DNA from: an uncultured Acidobacteriaceae bacterium
Lineage (GTDB): Bacteria; Acidobacteriota; Terriglobia; Terriglobales; Acidobacteriaceae
DNA length: 64,000 bases
Assembly: GCA_963709385.1 (NCBI GenBank)
Contig: CAVPWD010000012.1
Span: 336,989-400,988 of the forward strand
Direction of reading: 5' to 3'
Made by a program: the position numbers and the translations under genes. Under the pieces are notes generated by a model that worked only from the letters and a program-made list of their open reading frames with translations, was not told the DNA's origin and made no database searches. Below are positions 27,102-36,480 of this stretch, piece by piece (the stretch's first letter is position 1; every line of letters begins with the position of its first letter).

Positions 27102-27188
27102 CTTAGGAAGGGCGGCTTTTGGGAAGGGCACGGCTTCAAGCCGTGCCGCTAAGCGCCTGTGAAAAGCCGGGCTTTAGCCCCTGAGGAC
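27102..27188 (+). repeat. REP-like double-hairpin element, second copy
   Basis: Same GGGAAGGGCACGGCTTCA(A)GCCGTGCCGC ... GGGCTTTAGCCCCTGAGGA as 18168-18250. It is followed (27330-27480) by further degenerate hairpin and repeat pieces. Confidence 0.65.
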
Positions 27189-27540
27189 TCGACCGGCACA
27201 ATCTTGACTAGCTATTGTCAAGTCCACTTTCGTAGGTATAAAACGTCCTCGAAAGTAGACGTTTCTTCCACAGCCTAACCCGTTGCATCTGCACCTGCGC
27301 CGAATCCCTCACTCGTCGAATCAATTACTTATGAAAGGCAAATCCGCCGATTTCCACAGTGTTCCCGTAGGAACACTTCGCTCTCCAGACGCCAATGCCG
27401 GCCCACGTCTCACGCTTTCCTTCGTGCACCTTCGTGCCCTTCGTGGTGATCGCCTTTGTTCAACGTCAAACCCGCGCTGAGTCCTCCGCGTTGACGACGC
27501 CCGTCATCCACCCTAAGATTGAGGCTCCCAACCTTGCAAC

Positions 27541-27596
27541 CAAGCATGATCAACCAAGCATGATCAACCAAGCATGATCAACCAGGCATGATCAAC
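27541..27596 (+). repeat. 14-bp tandem repeat x4 (CAAGCATGATCAAC) containing the kinase start codon
   Basis: Three perfect copies plus one copy with a single A-to-G change. Each copy carries ATG and GATC. The last ATG (27588) starts the kinase ORF. Confidence 0.9.
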
Positions 27597-29585
27597 CAGA
27601 CCATCTCGCACTACCGCATCACTGGCCGCGTGGGCAGCGGCGGGATGGGCGTCGTCTACGAAGCGGAAGACCTCAACCTGGGCCGCAAGGTCGCGTTGAA
27701 ATTTCTCCCGCCGCTCCTCTCGCGCGACCAGAACGCTCTCGACCGTTTTATGCTGGAGGCGCGCACCGCCTCGGCGCTGAATCACCCTAACATCTGTACG
27801 ATCTACGCGGTCGAAAAATCAGGCGACGGTGCGGACGCGCAGTCCTTCATCGCGATGGAACTGCTCGATGGCCAGAACCTCGATCAGAAGCTCTACTCCG
27901 GCCCGCTTCCGACCGGCCCGTTACTCGATATCGCGATTCAGCTGGCCGACGCGCTCGACGCCGCGCACGCCAAGGGAATCATTCACCGCGACATCAAACC
28001 GGCAAACATTTTTCTCACCGCGCGCGGTCAGGTGAAGGTGCTGGATTTCGGTTTGGCCAAGCTGTCTCGCCCCGAAATGCAGATGGAAACCATCGGCGCG
28101 ACGCAGGACTCGCCCAGCCCGAACCTCACTAGCCCCGGCGCAACCGTGGGCACCATCGCCTACATGTCGCCCGAACAAGCGCGGGGCGAAGAACTCGACA
28201 CACGTTCTGACCTGTTCTCCTTGGGCACTGTGATTTACCAGATGGCCACGGGCAAGCAGCCCTTCGCGGGCGCGACCTCGGCGGTGGTGTTTCACGCCAT
28301 TCTCGAACTCGATCCGCCCTCTGCGCTGCAACTGAATGCGACGCTCCCGCCCAAACTGCAGGAGATTATTGAGAAGCTTCTGGAGAAAGATCACGACCTG
28401 CGTTACCAATCGGCCGCCGATCTGCGCGGCGACTTGAAGCGCCTGAAGCGTGACACCGAGTCGGGAAGAAAAACCGCGGCGTCGTCCTCCGCTTCAACGT
28501 CGACTCCGGCTGCGGCCGTCCCGTCGTCGGCAGCGGGCGTTTCGGCTACCGTTGCCGCGACCCGAGCGTCTTCGGGCTCTGCCGTGGTTGCGGCGGCAGG
28601 ACGACACAAGCTGGGAACCAGTTTGACCGTCGCTCTTGGCATCGTCGTACTGCTGGCGGCGGGTTATGGAATCTATTCGCTGCTGCTGACGCACCGTCGC
28701 ATGCGGCCGTTCCGCAACTTCTCCGCCACCAAGGTGACAGAGGAGGGCAACGTGGTCTTTGCGGCGGTGTCGCCCGACGGCAAGTACATCCTCAGTCTGA
28801 TACGGGACAGAGGTCTGGCCAGCCTCTTGCTGCGCAACGTGCCCACCAACAGCGTGACCCAGGTGCAGCCACCGGCCGAGGTCTACTACGGCGGGCTGCG
28901 GTTCGCTCCCGACGGGAACTATTTTTATTTTGTGCGCAGCGATCCTGGACCGGCGCCTGACCTGAAGTTTCTGTATCGCGCGCCGTTGTTGGGCGGCACT
29001 CCAGAAAAGCTGGCCGAAGACGTGGATTCAAACATCACGTTTTCCCCGGATGGCCGCAGGCTAGCCTTCATGCGTTACGACAACCCCGAGCCAGGTAAGT
29101 ACCAGCTGATCGTGCGTTCTGTCGATCAGGGAGTGGAGAAGGTGTTGACCAGCGGTCCGGCGGGTCAGGGACTCAGCGCTCCCGCGTGGTCGCCCGACGG
29201 CAAGACGATTTTGTGCCTCGCCACCCAGCCGGGGACTGCCCTTACCGGGCTCATGGCAGTGGACGCAAACACCGGCCTGCAGCGCCTGGTGATGAGTTCC
29301 GGCGACGCTTTAGGATTGCCGACATGGATGCCCGACGGCAGCGGCTTGCTCGCTCTCGACAGCGATCGCACGAGCAATTACACGCGGGCGCAGATCGTTT
29401 TTGTGTCGTATCCCGATGGCTGGGTGAATCCGGTCACCCGCGACACCAACAATTATTCCGATCTCAGTCTGGCGGCCAATGGCCAGCTACTGGCCACCGT
29501 GCTCAGCGAGGGGCGCTGGAATCTGGCGGTGATGTCGACGGCCAGCGCCGGGGCTGACGTGCGTGCCGATCGGACCGGTGGTTAA
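27588..29585 (+). CDS. Ser/Thr protein kinase with TM segment and TolB-like beta-propeller, part 1
   Basis: Hanks kinase motifs ([38 protein letters not shown]), then a TM helix and WD40-like beta-propeller repeats (SPDGK, APDGN, SPDGR). Confidence 0.85.
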   Translation: MINQTISHYRITGRVGSGGMGVVYEAEDLNLGRKVALKFLPPLLSRDQNALDRFMLEARTASALNHPNICTIYAVEKSGDGADAQSFIAMELLDGQNLDQKLYSGPLPTGPLLDIAIQLADALDAAHAKGIIHRDIKPANIFLTARGQVKVLDFGLAKLSRPEMQMETIGATQDSPSPNLTSPGATVGTIAYMSPEQARGEELDTRSDLFSLGTVIYQMATGKQPFAGATSAVVFHAILELDPPSALQLNATLPPKLQEIIEKLLEKDHDLRYQSAADLRGDLKRLKRDTESGRKTAASSSASTSTPAAAVPSSAAGVSATVAATRASSGSAVVAAAGRHKLGTSLTVALGIVVLLAAGYGIYSLLLTHRRMRPFRNFSATKVTEEGNVVFAAVSPDGKYILSLIRDRGLASLLLRNVPTNSVTQVQPPAEVYYGGLRFAPDGNYFYFVRSDPGPAPDLKFLYRAPLLGGTPEKLAEDVDSNITFSPDGRRLAFMRYDNPEPGKYQLIVRSVDQGVEKVLTSGPAGQGLSAPAWSPDGKTILCLATQPGTALTGLMAVDANTGLQRLVMSSGDALGLPTWMPDGSGLLALDSDRTSNYTRAQIVFVSYPDGWVNPVTRDTNNYSDLSLAANGQLLATVLSEGRWNLAVMSTASAGADVRADRTGG

Positions 29586-30348
29586 TTTTACAAACGTCAC
29601 CTGGACGCATGACGGGCGCTTAATCGACGACAGCGACAACGTGCTGCATTGGGTGAGTCCCGACACAGGTGCAAAAGGCCCATTCGCTACGCTGGCGAAC
29701 TCAGTGGAGGGCGACCCGTGGGAATGCTCCGATGGAAGGACGATTGTGTTTGTCGCGAGCCAGATCGGCGGCAAGGGCGGGCAAAACGTATGGCGCGCCG
29801 ACGAGTCGGGCGAAAATCTGAAGCAACTGTCGAACGGCAAGCAGGATAACTATCCGGTGTGTTCTCCCGACTCGCGCTGGGTCTATTACATGGACAATAG
29901 CGAGGCCCACATCATGAAGGTTTCGATTGACGGCGGCACGCCGGTGAAGGTGACCGATACGACGCCGAATGGGTTGTTCGATGTCTCACCGGACGGCAGC
30001 ACCCTGGCGTTGGCGATCGTCGACCACGCCAATGGTCACGAGCAGAAGCTGCTGCTGATCGATGCGAGTACGGGGAACGTCCGCAGTCAAACGAAATTTG
30101 AACGGGATCGCTTCGGTTTTTTTATCCGCTTCTCCCGCGATGGTAAGTCGGTGGTCTACACGGTGCGCGAGAATGGTGTGGACAACCTGTGGGCGCAGCC
30201 GCTTGACGGCTCGGCGGGCAAGTACCTTACTTCATTCAAAGCGGACCACATCTGGGATTTTCACTGGTCCCCCGACGGCAGCAAACTGGCGCTGGTGCGG
30301 GGTCACGACGACTCCGACGTGGTGCTGCTGCGCGATATGCAGCCGTAG
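29563..30348 (+). CDS. TolB-like beta-propeller repeats, apparent continuation of the kinase gene in another frame
   Basis: Same repeat type ([45 protein letters not shown]). It overlaps the kinase ORF end by 23 nt. Confidence 0.7.
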   Translation: MPIGPVVNFTNVTWTHDGRLIDDSDNVLHWVSPDTGAKGPFATLANSVEGDPWECSDGRTIVFVASQIGGKGGQNVWRADESGENLKQLSNGKQDNYPVCSPDSRWVYYMDNSEAHIMKVSIDGGTPVKVTDTTPNGLFDVSPDGSTLALAIVDHANGHEQKLLLIDASTGNVRSQTKFERDRFGFFIRFSRDGKSVVYTVRENGVDNLWAQPLDGSAGKYLTSFKADHIWDFHWSPDGSKLALVRGHDDSDVVLLRDMQP

Positions 30349-30446
30349 CGACTGGCGCGCAAAATTGCTCCTGAGAAGTATTTACATTGTTGTAACTACA
30401 TTTCGCGACGCAAAGCGGATGCTGACTCCGACATGGGCCGATCGAA

Positions 30447-31217
30447 CTAACAGCCGGCCCGGATCTTGAACTCTCGAGCCCGGTCGCGAGCCACGGTCAG
30501 ATCGGTATTCTTACTATCCTTGAGTCGAATATTTAGGGCCCCGCCGGGGAGAGATGTAACTTCCTTAATCCAGGGGAGGCTCACCACCGTGCCGCGGTGA
30601 ATACGGAAAAACTTCTTCGGATCCAAGGTTTTCTCCAACTCCGCGATCGAGTGGTCGATACAGTAAGCCTTGCCATCGGCTGCGGCGTACGTCAGCTTTT
30701 CCTCCGCATAGAAATGGGTTATGCGATTCAGATCGAGAAACCAAATGCGGTCTCCCAGGCGCGAGGCGATTCGCTCCGGGTATTGTTGTTGCGCGTCGCG
30801 CAGCGAGTCGGCCACTTTCTGCAGGAGAGCTTGAAGGTCGGCAGGAGTGGATTGTCCCGACTCGCGCAGCGCTTTGATTTTCTTCAGAGCGCGTTCCAGA
30901 GATTCGGGATCCACCGGCTTTAACAGATAGTCGACAGAATTCACGGCGAACGCTTTGAGGGCGTACTGATCGTAGGCGGTGGTGAAAATCACGACGGGCT
31001 GTTTCGCCAACTTCGCCAAAACGTCGAAGCCGTTCAGCCGCGGCATTTGAATGTCGAGGAAGCAAACGTCGGGCGGGTCCTGGGCCAGGGCGGCGACGGC
31101 CTCCTCGGGCATGGTTGTCGAACCGATGACTTCCACGTCTGCCGACTGCTCCAGCAGCCGGCGCAGCCTCTCCAGGGCGAGAGGTTCGTCATCGACAAGA
31201 TAAGCGCGCAGTTTCAT
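30447..31217 (-). CDS. LytR/AlgR family response regulator (REC + LytTR)
   Basis: REC domain (LVDDEPLA...FLDIQMP) and LytTR domain (FFRIHRGTVVSL). Confidence 0.9.
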   Translation of the reverse strand: MKLRAYLVDDEPLALERLRRLLEQSADVEVIGSTTMPEEAVAALAQDPPDVCFLDIQMPRLNGFDVLAKLAKQPVVIFTTAYDQYALKAFAVNSVDYLLKPVDPESLERALKKIKALRESGQSTPADLQALLQKVADSLRDAQQQYPERIASRLGDRIWFLDLNRITHFYAEEKLTYAAADGKAYCIDHSIAELEKTLDPKKFFRIHRGTVVSLPWIKEVTSLPGGALNIRLKDSKNTDLTVARDRAREFKIRAGC

Positions 31218-32302
31218 ACCAGGGGAATCACCATCTCGACAACAGAGGCGGCGTCGCGCCGGAAAGCATTCAGATGCGCCTTGTCTCCGAAGAGAGCGTC
31301 GAGACGTTCGACCAGATTGTTGATTCCGCGTCCGGGTGGAACCACACTCAGGTCGAAGCCCGGTCCCGAATCGCAGACCTCGACCCGCAAGCTGCCATTC
31401 GCCGTGGAGGCAGTCACGCGGACTTCTCCACCGGCGGTTAGCGGAGTGATTCCGTGTTTGACCGCATTTTCCACCAGGGACTGCAGCGACATCGGAGGCA
31501 CATGGGCGTTGAGCAGGGCTTCGGGCACGTCCACCGATCCGCGAAGTTTTTCGCCGAAGCGGGTTCTCTCGATATCGACGTAGCTCTGTACCATCGCCAG
31601 TTCTTGTCGCAAAGGTATGAGCGATTGGCCGCTGTTATCGAGCGAGGCGCGCAACAACGTGGCCAGCCGGCCGACGGTCTGTTCTGCCCGTGCCGGGTTG
31701 ACGGCGATGAGCGCACTGATCGAATTCAATGTGTTGAACAGGAAATGGGGTTGAATGCGCGCCTCGAGCGAGCGCAGCCGCGCTTCGGCTGCCAGTTTCC
31801 GGCTTCGTTCCTCCGCTACTTCTTTTTCGTGAAGATGCTTCTCGCTGGTTTGAAGGCGCTCCTGTAAGAGGGCATGAACCAGGGCGCCTAATCCGAACAC
31901 GATGGCAAGTGGCATGGCCACCCGCAAAGTGCGCAGATAGTCATTCCAGAAGTGCTTCGGTACGGCGACTCCGACCCACATCAGCAGAACCTGGGACGCC
32001 AGGCATCCGACCGCCACAAAAGGAATCAGGCACGCCAGCACCGAGGGAAACAGGGGAAGCCTGCGAAGCATCATTCGCTCCACAAGCCCGGTCATGAGTA
32101 GCACGCCGAGGATGCCGGTCAGATTGGCGTAGACCAGCGAGTAGACCAGGGTATTCAGGAAATCCCGGCCGTTGCCAATCTGACCGCCCGCAAACTGGAT
32201 CAGAATGACGAGTCCGACTGCCAGATTGATCCAGCCCAGCGAGAATAGCCATTTACGTTTCACGGCATTGTTCCCCGCTTTTCGACTCACATTACCTGCC
32301 AT
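31214..32302 (-). CDS. LytS/YehU-type sensor histidine kinase
   Basis: Multi-TM N-terminus, His_kinase box (IQPHFLFNTLNSI) and HATPase_c (ENAVKHG, DSGPG). ATGA overlap with the regulator gene. The start could be 32302 or 32335. Confidence 0.85.
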   Translation of the reverse strand: MAGNVSRKAGNNAVKRKWLFSLGWINLAVGLVILIQFAGGQIGNGRDFLNTLVYSLVYANLTGILGVLLMTGLVERMMLRRLPLFPSVLACLIPFVAVGCLASQVLLMWVGVAVPKHFWNDYLRTLRVAMPLAIVFGLGALVHALLQERLQTSEKHLHEKEVAEERSRKLAAEARLRSLEARIQPHFLFNTLNSISALIAVNPARAEQTVGRLATLLRASLDNSGQSLIPLRQELAMVQSYVDIERTRFGEKLRGSVDVPEALLNAHVPPMSLQSLVENAVKHGITPLTAGGEVRVTASTANGSLRVEVCDSGPGFDLSVVPPGRGINNLVERLDALFGDKAHLNAFRRDAASVVEMVIPLV

Positions 32303-33137
32303 CTGAGGGCTCGAGCGTGGCGATGCGGAAGACATCGATCACCTGGGTGGTGTCCTGGCCGGGCAGCTTCATTTCGCCCACGACCATCTCCTGAAGCGTA
32401 GCGTATTCGATCTGTTTGGTCGCAAGCGAGACCCAGATTTCTCCCCAGTAGTCGCTACGTCCTTTCAAAGTCATCCCGCCGCTTGCGATTTCCACGGGGT
32501 TGAAGAATGCCCGATAGCTGATGAGCGCGCAGTCCTGACCGTTTCGTTGCGAATTGCCGATCCACTCGAGCACGACGTCGCGATTCTGAAACGTGCCCAC
32601 GTCCGGCAAGGTAATCTCCTCACTCGTCAGGGCATGGTAAGGCTCGTTCAATTTGAGTTGGGCAAAGTGGTTCTGGCCGAACATCTCGATCATTCCCGTG
32701 TCCCAGACAAGATTACGCTCAAAGACCGCGGTGGGAGGGAACGCCTTGAAGAAGTCGGGCCTCATGGTGCTGGCCATATCGTTGTGGTAGCGGAAACCCT
32801 CCATGAACTCCCGCTTCTGTGGCGGCGCATATGGGGCCGTGGCTCCAATTGCGTCCGCCTGGGTAACGTTCTTCCACATTACGTCGCCGCCCTCGATTCC
32901 GCGCGTGTAGTCACCCGTGAGGCGCTGCCGGGACGAGATTTCGCCCCGAGTATTGGCCATGTTGTACTCCACGTCGAAGCGGTAGGTGCGCAGGCCGGAA
33001 TCTTTTACGGACGTGCCCTGGGGCAGAGACCACTTCTCGGCAGGCGAGAGCCGTGTGGGGGAAGACTGGCCGTGCAGGCCGGTCACCGTGGACGCCAGGA
33101 CCAGGATCACGAGAACTGAGCTAATTCTGATTCGCAT
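32292..33137 (-). CDS. secreted protein of unknown function, first gene of the kinase/regulator operon
   Basis: ORF 32292..33278. ATG at 33137 is preceded by AGGAGG and gives signal peptide MRIRISSVLVILVLASTVTGLHG. Confidence 0.6.
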   Translation of the reverse strand: MRIRISSVLVILVLASTVTGLHGQSSPTRLSPAEKWSLPQGTSVKDSGLRTYRFDVEYNMANTRGEISSRQRLTGDYTRGIEGGDVMWKNVTQADAIGATAPYAPPQKREFMEGFRYHNDMASTMRPDFFKAFPPTAVFERNLVWDTGMIEMFGQNHFAQLKLNEPYHALTSEEITLPDVGTFQNRDVVLEWIGNSQRNGQDCALISYRAFFNPVEIASGGMTLKGRSDYWGEIWVSLATKQIEYATLQEMVVGEMKLPGQDTTQVIDVFRIATLEPSDGR

Positions 33138-33257
33138 GGAATAATTTCCTCCTGGCCCCAAGTCTGGACTGGGAGGAGGGCTGGCCGCATCCCATTTGCG
33201 ACGAAAGGCAAGGATGGTGGATGGAGGGTATCTGGGGCGGGACGAGCCGGGCGCGCA

Positions 33258-33290
33258 CAAAAAACTAAGGGCGGCCATTGCTGGCCGCCC
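33258..33290 (-). terminator. rho-independent terminator of the cold-shock gene
   Basis: GGGCGGCCA-TTGC-TGGCCGCCC (33269-33290), followed on the minus strand by a TTAGTTTTTT tract. Confidence 0.7.
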
Positions 33291-33320
33291 TCATTTTCGA
33301 GTTGTTACTGGGAAGCGGGG

Positions 33321-33521
33321 TTAGACGCCCTTGACGTTCTCTGCCTGCCAGCCCTTGGGGCCTTTGACCACGTCAAACTGCACTTGCTGACCTTCTTGCA
33401 GGCTGCGGAATCCGCTGGCCTGAATGGCGGAGAAATGCACGAAGACATCCTCGCCGTTCTGGCGGCTGATGAATCCATAGCCCTTGGCGTCGTTAAACCA
33501 CTTCACTGTTCCTGTTTCCAT
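33321..33521 (-). CDS. cspA: cold-shock protein (CspA family)
   Basis: 66 aa with RNP1 KGYGFIS and RNP2 VFVHF. A long 5' leader lies upstream. Confidence 0.95.
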   Translation of the reverse strand: METGTVKWFNDAKGYGFISRQNGEDVFVHFSAIQASGFRSLQEGQQVQFDVVKGPKGWQAENVKGV

Positions 33522-33797
33522 GATGTTGCAATTTCCTTTGTTGTTGATGTAGCGCTGAAACTTTTCGGGTCTTCTTGCAGGCAGGTCACACGCTGGGTTA
33601 AGCGGAGATGCATGTACTGCGAAGGAGCTCTTAAAGTCAAACGCAAGATGATTGTACGTGGAATGCCCTGAAATTGCTACATAATTCGCTGTAGGCCCGG
33701 TCTAAACAGTTGATAGGGAGGATGTTATGCCAGCCGGGGGATGGAATATATGGGTCTCGGCTTGCCACTTTTCGGGCCCAGGCTTCATCATTGAAGT

Positions 33798-34715
33798 ATG
33801 CGATTGAGAGTACTGCTGGCTTCGGTTGTGCTGACGGCTTCGGCGTGGGCGGGGATTGTCGACAATGTGCGGATTGCGCTGGATCAGAACAATTTTTCGG
33901 CGGCGGAGGCGGCGCTGAGTTCTTATCGCGGGCAGCAGGGCGAGAACGCGGAATATGCGGAGGCCTATTCCTGGTTGGGGCGGGCGGCGCTGGAGCAACA
34001 CGAGTACGACCGGGCGGCTGCCTATGCGAAACAGACAAAGACGCTTGCGCTGGCGCAATTGAAGCAGCGTTCGCTGGACGCGGAGCCACACTTGCCAATC
34101 GCGCTGGGAGCGGCGTACGAAGTGGAGTCGCAGGCGATGGCCGCGAAGGGTCAGCGGACGCAGGCGGTCGCGCTGTTGCAGGCTGCGCTGACGAAATATG
34201 CGAATACTTCGATCCAGGCGCGGCTGCGGAAGAATCTGAACTTGCTTTCTTTACAGGGCAAGGCGGCGCCGGCTTTGAAGGCGGAGCAATCGCTGGGGGC
34301 GAATCTGCCGGCAGCGGCTTCGCTGAAAGGTGAGCCGGTGCTGCTGTTTTTCTGGGCGCACTGGTGCGGGGACTGCAAGGCGGAGGCTCCGATCATTACG
34401 CAGTTGCGGTCGGAGTACGCGGGCAAAGGCTTGCAGGTGATTGGGCCGACGCGGCTGTATGGTTACACCGCGCAGATCGAACATGCGTCGCCGAGCGACG
34501 AGATGCGGTATATCGATGCGGTGCGGCATCGGTTCTACAGCGGACTGCTGGATATGCCGGTGCCGGTGAGCGCCTACAACTTCGATACTTACGGTGCGTC
34601 GACGACGCCGACGCTGGTGCTGCTGGATCGGGCGGGGAAAGTGGTCTGGTACCATCCGGGGGCGGTGCCGTATGAGGAGTTGCGCGGGGAGATTGAGAAG
34701 GTGGTAGCGAGGTAG
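33798..34715 (+). CDS. TlpA/ResA-like thiol:disulfide oxidoreductase with an N-terminal TPR-like domain
   Basis: Signal peptide, and a thioredoxin fold with active site WCGDC (LLFFWAHWCGDCKAE). Confidence 0.8.
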   Translation: MRLRVLLASVVLTASAWAGIVDNVRIALDQNNFSAAEAALSSYRGQQGENAEYAEAYSWLGRAALEQHEYDRAAAYAKQTKTLALAQLKQRSLDAEPHLPIALGAAYEVESQAMAAKGQRTQAVALLQAALTKYANTSIQARLRKNLNLLSLQGKAAPALKAEQSLGANLPAAASLKGEPVLLFFWAHWCGDCKAEAPIITQLRSEYAGKGLQVIGPTRLYGYTAQIEHASPSDEMRYIDAVRHRFYSGLLDMPVPVSAYNFDTYGASTTPTLVLLDRAGKVVWYHPGAVPYEELRGEIEKVVAR

Positions 34716-34797
34716 TTTCGCGCGGTCGCCCTCGCCCAGGAAGACTCCGCAGACAGTGCTGCGCTCCGTACCGGCGGATTTTGTTAGAATCCGGCCC

Positions 34798-35043
34798 ATG
34801 CCGACTGTGTTGCGGTCCGGCCCGTACCGATTCTATTTCTATAGTCATGAGCCGAATGAGCCGCCCCACATTCATGTCGATCGCGACGATCTTTCGGCAA
34901 AATTCTGGCTCGATCCTGTACAACTCGCGTCGAATTTCGGGTTTCGTGCCCACGAACTGCGCACGATACAATCGATAGTGACGGAAAATGGGTCGCGGTT
35001 TCTGGAGGCGTGGAATGAGTTCTTCGGCAATCACGGCGGATGA
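34798..35043 (+). CDS. DUF4160 domain protein
   Basis: ORF 34756..35043; ATG at 34798. Typical sequence (YRFYFYSHEPNEPPHIHV). Confidence 0.75.
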   Translation: MPTVLRSGPYRFYFYSHEPNEPPHIHVDRDDLSAKFWLDPVQLASNFGFRAHELRTIQSIVTENGSRFLEAWNEFFGNHGG

Positions 35044-35290
35044 GCGCGTACTGGATGTTGCCTTCAGCGACGACGCGCTGAGCGTATCGCTGCGCGACGG
35101 ACGCGTGATCAGTGTACCGCTGGTGTGGTATCCGCGCCTGCTCAACGCCACGCCCGCTCAGCGCAGGAATTGGAGAATTGCTGGTGGAGGCTACGGCATC
35201 CACTGGCCCGAAGTGGATGAAGACCTGAGCACTGAAGGGCTGCTGCGCGGCGCAAGGGCGCCGAAAAGTCACTCCCCCGCGAAATCCTGA
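35015..35290 (+). CDS. DUF2442 domain protein
   Basis: ORF 34988..35290; ATG at 35015. Typical sequence (LSVSLRDGRVISVPLVWYPRL...GYGIHWPEVDEDLS). It overlaps the DUF4160 gene by 29 nt, which is the usual pairing. Confidence 0.75.
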   Translation: MSSSAITADERVLDVAFSDDALSVSLRDGRVISVPLVWYPRLLNATPAQRRNWRIAGGGYGIHWPEVDEDLSTEGLLRGARAPKSHSPAKS

Positions 35291-35429
35291 AAGTCAATTC
35301 CTACGTTCGCCCGCGGCAAGAGCCTCGACTACGCCTACTAGCGGTGAACCTGGCTCTACCAGACGGGATCCATGCCGTATGCCGACTCCGAGGCGAGATT
35401 GAGAAGGTGGCGCGGTAGGCGTTACCCGA

Positions 35430-36098
35430 TCAGGCGATCTCCTGTTTTGAGAAATTCCTTGCGGTGTCTGAGAAGGCGCGCGCCGAGATGACGCTACCAA
35501 TCGCAAGGCCCAGCCCTGGCAGCACTATATCCCGCAACAATACCCATAGGAACAGGAGGGCGGCTCCTCTGACTGCTCCAAGCGAGTGGTATGAGGACCA
35601 CTGCACCAAGTGGATCGGCAAGAGCAGAGCCATCACGCACCAGCGCACCGCGTAAGGGGCGATGATGGACATTGCGGCCCAACGTCTCTGCGACAAATTG
35701 CCACCGAGTTCGCGCGAAAAAAATGCCGCGCAGAATCCCAGTGCGATAGCGATGAGCTCGATGCCGGTTTCATGCCGCAAGAATTGATGTCCCCAATAAA
35801 TATCGAACGAGAACGAACCGCACCCATCGTAAAAGAAGAATAGAACGAGCGCGGGCAAGGCCACCGACCGCAGCCAGGATTGCAAGCCGCCCTCCTGTTG
35901 CCAGCGCAGGCGCCGGATGGTTGGCCCGAAATTCTCGCCCGCGGCCGATACCCTCGCGATGGCCTGTTCTTCCGAGGCGCCGTCGCGGCGAAGGTCGAGA
36001 TACATTTCCTCGAGGTGGCCGGCCAGTTCGCTCACAATTTCCCGTTCGCGGGGATCTGTTTTGCGGCCGGGAGCGACGAGTTTTCTGAAATCAGGCAT
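35430..36098 (-). CDS. membrane protein co-transcribed with the PadR regulator
   Basis: 222-aa ORF overlapping the padR stop by 8 nt. It has a soluble N-terminal helix region followed by 4-5 TM helices. Confidence 0.55.
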   Translation of the reverse strand: MPDFRKLVAPGRKTDPREREIVSELAGHLEEMYLDLRRDGASEEQAIARVSAAGENFGPTIRRLRWQQEGGLQSWLRSVALPALVLFFFYDGCGSFSFDIYWGHQFLRHETGIELIAIALGFCAAFFSRELGGNLSQRRWAAMSIIAPYAVRWCVMALLLPIHLVQWSSYHSLGAVRGAALLFLWVLLRDIVLPGLGLAIGSVISARAFSDTARNFSKQEIA

Positions 36099-36429
36099 GG
36101 GTCAACCTCGCAACGCGATTTAAGGCGCCGAAGAATTGCTGCCAGCTCTTGCGCAGGGGGACGAGCTGGCGGCGGCCTTCCCTGGTCAATTTGTAGTACC
36201 GGCGTTTTCGCCCGGCTGCGGATTTCTCCCAGTAGGCTTCCAGCCACCCCTTATTCAGCATGCGGTAGAGCACGGGATAGAGCGACGCCATTTCAAAGCG
36301 CAAGATGCCACCGGAAAGTTCCTCGACCTGCTTGCCGATCTCATAGCCGTGCATGTCGCGCTGGCTGAGAAGGCTGAGGATGACGACTTCCGAACTGCCC
36401 TGCTTCACTTTGGAATCGAGGCGGCTCAT
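36091..36429 (-). CDS. PadR family transcriptional regulator
   Basis: PadR winged-helix pattern (VILSLLSQRDMHGYEI...LYPVLYRMLNKGWLE...RRYYKLT). The start could be ATG 36429 or GTG 36441. Confidence 0.85.
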   Translation of the reverse strand: MSRLDSKVKQGSSEVVILSLLSQRDMHGYEIGKQVEELSGGILRFEMASLYPVLYRMLNKGWLEAYWEKSAAGRKRRYYKLTREGRRQLVPLRKSWQQFFGALNRVARLTHA

Positions 36430-36448
36430 ATATAGCCACACTATATAT
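36428..36448. promoter_or_regulatory. candidate PadR operator (ATATATAG-CCACA-CTATATAT)
   Basis: Perfect 8-bp inverted repeat overlapping the padR start codon and its AT-rich -10-like sequence. Confidence 0.4.
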
Positions 36449-36480
36449 TGCGAGGCTCTATAAGGGCAAGAGCGGGCCGG

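Noticed and set aside
27541-27596. Possible CRISPR array. Also considered for 39873-39907 and the other tandem arrays.
   Set aside because: The units are 7-15 bp and directly abutting with no spacers, and there are no cas genes in the window. These are micro- or minisatellites, not CRISPR.
6086-29585. Programmed ribosomal frameshifting as the explanation for the split genes.
   Set aside because: None of the sites shows a slippery X XXY YYZ heptamer with a downstream pseudoknot or hairpin. The directions are mixed, and the sites sit at short homopolymers. Indel error or mutation is more economical.
33637-34333. ORFs 33637..34098 -, 33702..34091 - and 33710..34333 + overlapping the start of the TlpA-like gene.
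   Set aside because: Pro/Arg/Gly-rich shadow frames of the real gene 33798..34715, which has a signal peptide and a WCGDC thioredoxin motif.
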